The position numbers were made by a program, and so were the translations under genes. Under the pieces are notes generated by a model. The model worked only from the letters and a program-made list of their open reading frames with translations, did not search any database and was not told the DNA's origin. DNA of 63,887 nt, the filler included, from Chrysochromulina tobinii (lineage: Eukaryota), in NCBI GenBank assembly GCA_001275005.1. It is 7 parts of 7 records of this genome, joined end to end, with 100 filler letters (N's around TTAATTAATTAA, not from the genome) between each part and the next. Parts side by side here need not be neighbours in the genome. Positions count along the whole stretch, not along the records: positions 52,929 to 58,655 come from JWZX01001198.1; positions 58,756 to 61,269 come from JWZX01001204.1; positions 61,370 to 63,887 come from JWZX01001209.1; 4 more parts are not named here. The stretch is one strand, 5' to 3'. Below, piece after piece: positions 55,901-63,887 of the stretch (within the stretch, counting starts at the first letter, position 1; the number at the start of each line of letters is the position of its first letter).

Positions 55901-58655
55901 CTGCGTAGACATTCCACGTGAGGCCCACGTGAGCGGACATGCGTGCGATGTCGACGAGGCCGCCACGCCGCTGAATGAGCCTTCGAAGCAGTAGCGCCTC
56001 CTCGAGCCTGAAACCATACGTTTCCCCGCGAAGTAGCCACAGGTCCTGCGCCTCCCAGGCCGTGCCCATCGAGTTCGCCACGTTCTCGCTGTCCATGATG
56101 ACGAGCAGGTCGAGCTCTTCGGTCCCTTCCGCTGGCGCCAGCACCGGTAGGAGCTCGTCCTCGCGGCCAGCATCCAAGTGCTCCAGCAGCACGTCGAGGC
56201 TGACCTCGAGGATGAGGGCGGCGTGCCTGCGCAGCGCGACGATCAACGCCATGTGCTCCGCCATGTTGATATCGTAGCCTGCGGGCAGGGCGAGTCCCTC
56301 GGCAATCGGCACTGCGCTCCCTTCGGGTTGCTGCCCGTAGTAGACGCCGCTGGCAACGCGCGGCGGGGCAACAGTCGTGGATCCGCCATCTGCCACAGCT
56401 AGGCTGATCGAACGGCGTTTGGTCTCCTTGCGAGAGCCATCCGTGGCTGCCACCAGTCTGTACGGCCTGCGCCCCTCGTCTAGCCTGCTGAGCTCCAGCC
56501 GACCGAGCTCCTCGAGCAGATCCTTGTTGAGCTCGGCCCATTGCATCGCCGCCTCGCCCTTGTCGATCTTGATCTTGAGGACCCCGCCGTACGCGTTTTG
56601 CACCGTGCGCCCGTGCTCACTCTCGCTGAGCTCGTCTCTGATGAAACCGCACAGCCGCGCGTCGACGTGCGCCTGCGGGTGCGTCTCGAAGACGCCCAGC
56701 TCGTGTTCGGGATGTAGATGGCTGCACCACAGCTGACCCGGCTGGTCCCACGCGACGCAGTCAAAGACCTCGCGCGCGTCGCGAGCAGGGATGCGCTGGC
56801 CGTCAGCCATCTTCGGCGCCGGCGCCATGCGTACTCGCTTCGATGCGCTGCGACCGCCCTCGTCATCGCCCGTCTTCTTCTTCTCCGCGTCGGGCTCGCG
56901 CAGGGTGATCGTCAGGCGGCGGGCGCGACAATCACGAGCGAAGCGCATGCGCGCTCGTGACGTATGATCTTCTTGGAGATTGGTAGAAGCGGGGTTGCGC
57001 CCGTGCGACTTGAGCGCCGCATACTCGCCGAGCAGTAGCTCGGCCACCAGACAGCGGCATCGTGTCGCCTGTTGCTCAAACCTTTTAGTGTCGGCTCCCT
57101 GCGGCCCCTGCGATGTCACCGACTTGGACGCCCAGCGCATGATCTTGTCGGCCTCCTCGGCACCCAGACGCCGCTCCAGGAACTTGTTGAACGAGCTCGG
57201 CTCCCAGCGGCTCCTCGCCGCCTCGTCCATCCAGCTCGAGATCGTCTCGAGATCGTGGATGACGTGCTGCCCCGTTTGCTGACCTTTGGCTGCAGTGCGA
57301 AGCACACGCTCCTGAATCTGCTCCTTGGTCCACCACCTCGTCTCCGAGAGCAAACCTCCTTCGAGAAGTGTCTCGTACAGCAGCGTGTCGTGCGCCAGCG
57401 CCGCCGTCGCCGCTGTCGCTCCCGTAGCCGCCGCTCCCGTTGTCGCTGTCCCCGCCGCGCTCCCTCGCCGGCACCACCCGATGCCAATGATCGCAGCGTC
57501 CTCACTCCACGCCGCGTGCCTCGAGTTCTGCAACGTTTCACAGAGCAGAAGCTCCGCCAGCATCGGCGTGCCCTGGTCCCGCTGCGAGCCTAGCCACGCA
57601 AGTGCCTCCGGCGAGCCTCTGACCTCGGCGAGGAGCCTCTCGACATGCGCCTGGTCGGCGGGCAGCCATGGCCAGCCTGGCCGACGGTATAGATCTGCGA
57701 CCCTAGCTGCGCTCATGAGCACGCCTTGGCCAGCATGCAGGTCCGCCACCGCCAGGATTCCCAGCCCATGCAATCTCATCGAGGGCGTGATCTCGCTGAT
57801 CTCGATGAGCTCAGGTCCCGTCCAGATGCGGCGCGCGCTGAGCGACTCCGCCTCTCGCGCCTGCGCCGCGTCCAGTGAGCTCTCCTCGACGCCCGTCCCG
57901 CGCCATCTTAGCTCGAATTGCAGCATGAAGTCGATGATCGCCTCGCCCGTGTGGTGTCGCGACAGGTGCTCCCGCCAGCGCTCCGGGTAGGAGTAGTCGA
58001 AGGGTGTGGGCTCCTCCGGGGAAGGACCACGCCATCCAAATCGCACCGCCGTGGTCGTCAGAAGCGCTATGACTGTCGCTCTCGCGGGCTCTCCGCGCTT
58101 GCCGCCGAAGGCCCTGGCGATTTCATCCAGCGCGCCCGCCACGAGCGTGCTCATTGTGAATCGAAGCCCGAGGCCGCCCGCCTCGGCCGGCAAAAAGGCG
58201 CCCACTCGTCGCGTGTGGCTCAGACGGTTGCCCGTGTTCGCGAGCAGCCTGGTGCATGAGGCGTCGAGCGCCTTGGCCGGCTCGTCGTGAAAGGTGATCG
58301 TCCGTGCCACGAAAATGAGATTGCCCTGTCTCAGCGTGTTGCACGTTGACACCAGTTGCTTGCAGCTCGCACATCCGAGGTTGCCCACGAGCCGCAGCAG
58401 GCCCGCTGTGCGCGCGCGGCAAGCTTCCTCGGTCTCCCTCTGATCGAGTCCCGCCCCGAAGAGCACGCCCAGATATCGGTACGTGATGGCCACCGCCAGC
58501 TCGATGTCCGCGTGATTCGAGCCGATCGGAATGGTGAACTTGGTGCTTTCATCGCGCACGAACTCGTTGCGCTCGTTCCATCGGTAGCCAACCGTCGCGG
58601 ACTTGGATGCCTCTTGAGCGTCGTGCCCAATCTTCATGCCCAAGAAGATCTCCGA
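52929..58655 (-). mobile_element. Non-LTR retrotransposon ORF2 fragment: end of RT/thumb, RNase H, zinc knuckle, long C-terminal extension; open across the whole contig
   Basis: RT end motif YRYLGV and LPAEAGGLGL. RNase H motifs VAATDGS, NMAEHMAL, VIMDSE and SAHVGLTWNVYAD (about 55880-56460). Zinc knuckle CLAC...HFLEC (about 55200-55255). Confidence 0.85.
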
Positions 58656-58755
58656 NNNNNNNNNNNNNNNNNNNNNNNNNNNNNNNNNNNNNNNNNNNNT
58701 TAATTAATTAANNNNNNNNNNNNNNNNNNNNNNNNNNNNNNNNNNNNNNNNNNNN
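58656..58755. other. Artificial contig spacer
   Basis: N44-TTAATTAATTAA-N44. Confidence 0.98.
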
Positions 58756-61269
58756 TGAGCAGGTTGAGCAGGTTGAGCAGGTTGAGCAGGCTGAGCAGGC
58801 TGAGCAGGCTGAGCAGGCTGAGCAGGCTGAGCTTGCTCAGCATGCTGGGCACGCGCCGAGCATGCTGCAGCGATGGCAGTGATGATGAGCCCGCTGAGCA
58901 CAATGAGCTTGCTGAGCCCGCTGAGCATGATGAGGATACTGAGCCCGCTGAGCATGATGAGGATGCTGAGCTCAACGAGCAGGTTGAGCAGGCTGAGCAG
59001 GCAGAGCTCGCTGAGCTTCCTGAGCACGCCGGGCATGCGCTGAGCACGCTGCAGTGATGGCGGTGATGATGAGCCTGCTGAGCACAATGAGCTTGCTGAG
59101 CCCGCTGAGCATGATGAGGATTCTTAGCCCGCTGAGTATGATGAGGATGCTGAGCCCGATGAGCAGGTTGAGCAGGCTGAGCAGGCTGAGCAGGCTGAAT
59201 TTGCTGAGCTTGCTGGGCACGCACCGAGCACGCTGCAGCGATCGCGGCGATGATGAGCCCGCTGAGCACAATGAGCTTGCTGAGCCCGCTGAGCATGATG
59301 AGGATGCTGAGCGCGCTGAGAATGCTGAGGATGATGAGCCCGGTGAGCAGGCTGAGCCTGCTGAGCCTGCTGAGCTCGCTGAGCTTGCTGAGCACGCTGG
59401 GCACGCACCGAGCACGCTGCAGCGATCGCGGTGATGATGAGCCCGCTGAGCACAATGAGCTTGCTGAGCCCGCTGAGCATGATGAGGATGCTGAGCGCGC
59501 TGAGCATGCTGAGGATGATGAGCCCTGTGAGCAGGTTGAGCAGGTTGAGCAGGCTGAGCAGGCTGAGCTTGCTGAGCACGCTGGGCACGCGCTGAGCACG
59601 CTGCAGTGATGGAGGTGATGATGAGCCCGCTGAGCACAATGAGCTTGCTGAGCCCGCTGAGCATGATGAGGATGCTGATGGCGCCGAGCATGATAAGGAT
59701 GATGAGCCTGATAAGCAGGTTGAGCAGGTTGAGCTTGTTGAGCCCGCTGAGCTTGCTGAGCACCCTGGGCATGCACCGGAGCACATTAAGCTCAGCAAGC
59801 TCAGTGTGCTCAGCATGCTCAGTGTGCTCAGCGCGCTCAGCAAGCTCAGCAAGCTCAGCGTACTCAGTAAGCTCAGCCGGCTCATCGGGCTTATCATCCT
59901 GATCCTGCTCAGTGGGCTCAGCATCCTTATTGTGATCCGCGTGCTTATCATTGCCAACATCGCCGAAGCGTGCTCTACAGGCTCAGCAAGCTCAGCAAGC
60001 CCAGAAAGCTCAGCAAGCTCAGCAAGCCCAGCATGCTCATTAGGCTCATCCTCCTACTCATGCTCAGCGGGTTCAGCATCTTCATGGTGCTCAGGGGGCT
60101 CAGCATGCTCATAGTGCTTAGTGCGATCATCATCGCCAACATCGCTGCAGCGTGCTCGCTGAGCATGATGAGGATGCTGAGCGCGCTGAGCATGCTGAAG
60201 ATGATGAGCTCAATGAGCAGGTTGAGCAGGCTGAGCAGGCTGAGCAGGTTGAGCAGGCTGAGCTTGCTTAGCATCCTGGGCACGCGCCGAGCATGCTGCA
60301 GCGATGGCAGTGATGATGAGCCCGCTGAGCTTAGCTTGCTCAGCAGGCTCAGCAGGCTCAGCAAGCTCAGTTAAGCGTGCTCGGCAAAATCAGCATGCTC
60401 GTAGGGCTTATAATCCTAACTGTGCTCAGCTTGCTCAGCATCCTTATTGTGCTCAGCTAGCTCAGCATCCTTATTGTGTTCAGCATGCTCAACATCGCCA
60501 ACATTGCTTCAGCGTGCTCAGTGTGCTCTGCAGGCTCATCAAGCTCAGCAAGCTCATCAAGCTCAGCAAGCTCAGCAAGCTCAGCAAGCAAAGCAAGCAA
60601 AGCAAGCTCAGTAAGCTCATCATGCTCAGAATCCTCATCATGCTCAGCAGGCTCACTCAGCATCCTCATCGTGCTCAGCGCACAGCGGGCTCATCATCCA
60701 TTGCCAACATCGCCACAGCGTGCTCAGCGTGCTCCGCAGGCTGAGCAAGCTCAAAAAGCCCAGGAAGCTCAGCCTGCTCAACCTGCTCAGCCTGCTCATT
60801 GAGCTCATCATCCTCAGCATGCTCAGCGGGCTCAGCATCCTCATCATGCTCAGCAGGCTCAGCAAGCTCATCGTGCTCAGCAGGCTCATCATCACCGGGA
60901 TCGCTGCAGCGTGCTCAGCGCGTGCCCAGCTTGCTCAGCAAGCTCAGCCTGCTCAGCCTGCTCAGCCTGCTCAACCTGCTCATTGAGCACAGCATCCTCA
61001 TCATGCTCAGCGGGCTCAGCATCCTCATCATGCTCAGCGGGCTCAGCAAGCTCATTGTGCTCAGCGGGCTCATCATCACCGCGATCGCTGCAGCGTGCTC
61101 GGTGCGTGCCCAGCGTGCTCAGCAAGCTCAGCAAGCTCAGCCTGCTCAACCTGCTCATCGGACTCATCATCCTCAGCCTGCTCATTGAGCACAGCATCCT
61201 CATCATGCTCAGCGGGCTCAGCAAGCTCATTGTGCTCAGCGGGCTCATCATCACCGGGATCGCTGCAGC
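58756..61269. repeat. Satellite DNA: 9-bp GCTGAGCNN subunits in a 184-bp higher-order repeat, present in both orientations
   Basis: The anchor GCTGCAG recurs at 58864, 59048, 59232, 59416 and 59600 (184-bp spacing). In the inverted block it recurs at 60903, 61087 and 61262. Confidence 0.95.
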
Positions 61270-61369
61270 NNNNNNNNNNNNNNNNNNNNNNNNNNNNNNN
61301 NNNNNNNNNNNNNTTAATTAATTAANNNNNNNNNNNNNNNNNNNNNNNNNNNNNNNNNNNNNNNNNNNN
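61270..61369. other. Artificial contig spacer
   Basis: N44-TTAATTAATTAA-N44. Confidence 0.98.
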
Positions 61370-62512
61370 GAAGAAGTGCGTCGCGTGGCTCATGCAGTCC
61401 GCAGCACTCCCCACAGCTACCATCTCACCTGCACTGGGTGCTCCGGCCACTGCTCCGCCCCTGCAAAAACGGATAAGGAGCCGGACGAAGACGTGGTGAC
61501 GCGCTGGTCTGCCTCGAAGATGATGCGCCTTCTGCATGTGTGCCTCTCTGATGAACTCTTCTCCGAGTTCCTGCAGCGCGATAAGAAGCTCACGCGCACG
61601 CAGCTCGACGGAAAGGCCAAAAACAGCTTCTGGCACTCGGTTGCGATCACCTTCTGCGACCCGTCCAAGACCTTCGACCTCATCGACTTCCCAGGAGTGG
61701 AGAGCGACAGGTACACCAACCTCAAGGCCGGGCTTCTACCCACTACCTACGCCCTGACCGCTGAGAAGGCCAAAAAGGAGTTTGGCGATTTCCGCACCCT
61801 ACTCACGAAGATCTACACGAGGTTCAAGCAGAGTGGCGAGGGTGACGATGTCGATGAAGAAAAGACCGCCCAGGAAATGCAGGAGGGCGTGACCAAGCCC
61901 CATGGTGCGGATTTCTGGGATTTCTGCCAAGGCAATGCTGTCATTGACTATGCTTACCGGTTTCTGAAGAAGAAGGACGCCCTCCAGAATGCTACGTGTC
62001 TCATGCCAGCGGGATCAAGCTTCAACAGCACACCTGGGAGCACTACTATGGAAACGAATGCCGCGAAACCCCGTCAGAACAAGAAGCGCAAGGGGGGCCC
62101 AATACACAATGATGTCCTCAAGGAGCTCCGGCGGCCTGTGAAAATTCACAAGAGCCGTGCGGAGAAACAGCTCGAGCTCATTCAAGCACAGCGCCAAGCT
62201 CTCAAGCTCGAGGCAGGCCTCCGTAAGCTTGCAGCCCAACTCAGAGAAGAGGAGACCAAGCTCCAGCGTGAGATCTGCCAAGCTGATCCCGAGCTCATCA
62301 AGCTCCTCCAGGCACGTCTGACCCCCATTCAGAAGCGTTTGGTTTCGCTGCATGCCCAGCTCGACACCCTTCAGCTTCCCTCTGCCTCAGTTCTCAATGA
62401 TGACAGCGAGGAGGACAATGAAAGCGAGGGACAAGAGAAAGAGAATGGCAACGAGAATGGGGATCATGACGAGGATGAGGATGAGGATGAGGATGAGGAT
62501 GAGGCGGCCTGA
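61370..62512 (+). CDS. 5'-truncated Myb/SANT-like helical protein with coiled coil and acidic tail, possibly a PIF/Harbinger accessory protein
   Basis: Pattern RLLHV...LTRTQLD...FWHSVA..F.D...FKQSG...DFWDFC. NLS-like KKRK and a poly-DE tail. Confidence 0.5.
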   Translation, partial: EEVRRVAHAVRSTPHSYHLTCTGCSGHCSAPAKTDKEPDEDVVTRWSASKMMRLLHVCLSDELFSEFLQRDKKLTRTQLDGKAKNSFWHSVAITFCDPSKTFDLIDFPGVESDRYTNLKAGLLPTTYALTAEKAKKEFGDFRTLLTKIYTRFKQSGEGDDVDEEKTAQEMQEGVTKPHGADFWDFCQGNAVIDYAYRFLKKKDALQNATCLMPAGSSFNSTPGSTTMETNAAKPRQNKKRKGGPIHNDVLKELRRPVKIHKSRAEKQLELIQAQRQALKLEAGLRKLAAQLREEETKLQREICQADPELIKLLQARLTPIQKRLVSLHAQLDTLQLPSASVLNDDSEEDNESEGQEKENGNENGDHDEDEDEDEDEDEAA

Positions 62513-62524
62513 CTAGAGGCTCCA

Positions 62525-62914
62525 GTGGGAAGCCTCAAGAGAGTCTTCGCACTAGGGGATGGACGAATGAGCTCTGGCAGCCCTGTGCCCTGCCCACCTC
62601 GTCAAGATCAGCCCTCCTCCCCAGACCTAGCTAAAGGAGCACGTGTCTGGTACCACCAGCTCGGAGAGTGGTTAGATGCGTATGTCCTCGCATGGAATGC
62701 GGAGACAGTTCACCTGCAGCCTGTGGGAAGGGCTGTGGACAAGGTGACTGTCCGTCGCCAACAGGTAGCTATGCAGCAGCCTCGTGACTGTGGGGCCATG
62801 CAGCCCCCGCAGGGCTTGTCTGGTATCATGCACTGGCTGGAGCGTGACCCATTCATCTTCGCCAACATGAATGGCATTCGCGTGTCACGGCCACGGTGCT
62901 TGTGGGAAGCATAG
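62525..62914 (+). CDS. Small ORF with a Tudor/SH3-like segment
   Basis: KGARVWYHQLGEWLDAYVLAWNAETVHLQ resembles a Tudor-type beta barrel; coding status is uncertain. Confidence 0.3.
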   Translation: MGSLKRVFALGDGRMSSGSPVPCPPRQDQPSSPDLAKGARVWYHQLGEWLDAYVLAWNAETVHLQPVGRAVDKVTVRRQQVAMQQPRDCGAMQPPQGLSGIMHWLERDPFIFANMNGIRVSRPRCLWEA

Positions 62915-63375
62915 GTGGGAGGTGCGCAGTGGATGGTGTGAAGCAGTGAGGCTGAGGGTGCGCACGCAATGAGGGCATGAAGTGCACGCAGAGGGACACC
63001 TGGGTTTTCCATGGTCAGGTAACATTTCGTAAAAACCGTGAGTGACGTTTTGTGTGCTTACCGGGATGGCGTTCAATTAACAAATATGAAACGAATATAA
63101 AACAAACATAAAACCAATGAAACGGTAAAAAACAACTATCTGAGCGCGCTCGCGCGGAGCTGCGTCGCACTCCAACTAACTGAGAGAGCTCGTGCGGAGC
63201 TGCGTCGCTGTTTCAGCATGCTCAGTACCGAGAAATGGCGTGAGGCAGTACGCGCCCCGCTGGCCGCCACAGAATTGGTTCGCTTCTGACGCACTGAAGC
63301 CTCCGTAGGTGACCTGTCTGTTGGACGCGCTGGATCTGCATTCGAGCCATAGCTCGTTTGCGCCGCAGCCCTCGC

Positions 63376-63657
63376 CGCTCAGCATCCTCTTCGTGCTCAG
63401 TCAGCTCAGCAAGCTCAGGAAGCTCATTGTGCTCCTCAGCAAGCTCATTGTGCTCCTCAGCAAGCTCATTGTGCTCAGCGGGCTCAGCATGCTCGTAGCT
63501 CATCATCTGCAAGAATCGCCACATCGTGCTCAGCGTGCTCAGCAGGCTCAGCATGCTCAGCATGCTCACTGTGCTCAGCAGCCTTATTGAGCTCCGCAGG
63601 CTCAGCATGCTCATTGTGCTCAGCAGCCTGATCGTGCTCAGACCTCAGTGTGCTCGG
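63376..63657. repeat. Degenerate copy of the GCTCAGC satellite
   Basis: It has the same CTCAGCAAGCTCATTGTGCTCAGC words as 58756-61269. Confidence 0.85.
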
Positions 63658-63887
63658 CAAGTGCCCTGGGACTCATACAGTAACTGCTGATATGAAGCAG
63701 AGGTTGTATGATATCTTTGTAGTCAGTCCTGCGAGATGTCGTAGGATGTGCATACTGTGTCGATGCCAATACAGGATGCCAATACAGTCCACGCGATGAA
63801 AGATTTATGTATGAGAATTTGAGCCTATACGTCCTACTCCCATGCCTACTCCGCCTGCCGCCCCCGTGGCCGCTTCTTGGCGCGGTG

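Noticed and set aside
58756..61269. Possible CRISPR array
   Set aside because: There are no unique spacers between constant repeats and no cas genes, and the context is eukaryotic.
58700..61325. Many overlapping ORFs (LSLLSL, AQQAQP, SACSAC) in the satellite
   Set aside because: They are by-products of a stop-poor 9-bp repeat that is open in most frames on both strands; there is no sign of a real gene.
18527..61369. Six identical TTAATTAATTAA motifs in N runs, and ORFs that run into them
   Set aside because: These are artificial concatenation spacers. Adjacency across them is not biological, so no cross-contig synteny is claimed.

Overview
The window is not one continuous locus. It is seven contigs of a GC-rich, intron-containing eukaryote, joined by six artificial 100-bp spacers (N44-TTAATTAATTAA-N44). 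Gene style and repeat-filled introns suggest a haptophyte alga, but that is inference. Contig 1 (1-18526) is the most interesting part. Within 13.5 kb it holds four innate-immunity-like genes: an RNI-type LRR protein with a HET-like motif, a multipass membrane protein fused to a TPR array, a spliced DUF3825-like/CDIN1(TPD)-type PD-(D/E)XK nuclease, and, head-to-head with that nuclease, a CHAT-protease/NB-ARC/BspA-LRR NLR. The same contig continues with a fucosyltransferase-like gene, a broken 2OG-oxygenase/WGR/Kelch mosaic and an AT-rich GATAC repeat. Contig 2 is a Copia pol fragment with a Tudor-like insertion. Contig 3 has housekeeping genes: PPR/HhH protein, carboxylesterase, EF-hand protein, NIPA transporter, Sec61-beta, RRM-STEEP1 and BRO1-UBA. 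Contig 4 has an FG-GAP/PSI surface protein, a giant NO VEIN/sacsin-like protein with LOTUS, PDZ and R3H additions, and a double methyltransferase. Contig 5 is a non-LTR retrotransposon fragment with RNase H. Contigs 6-7 carry a 184-bp GCTGAGC satellite that switches orientation, plus a Myb/SANT-like gene. All domain calls come from motifs recognised by eye; no searches were run.
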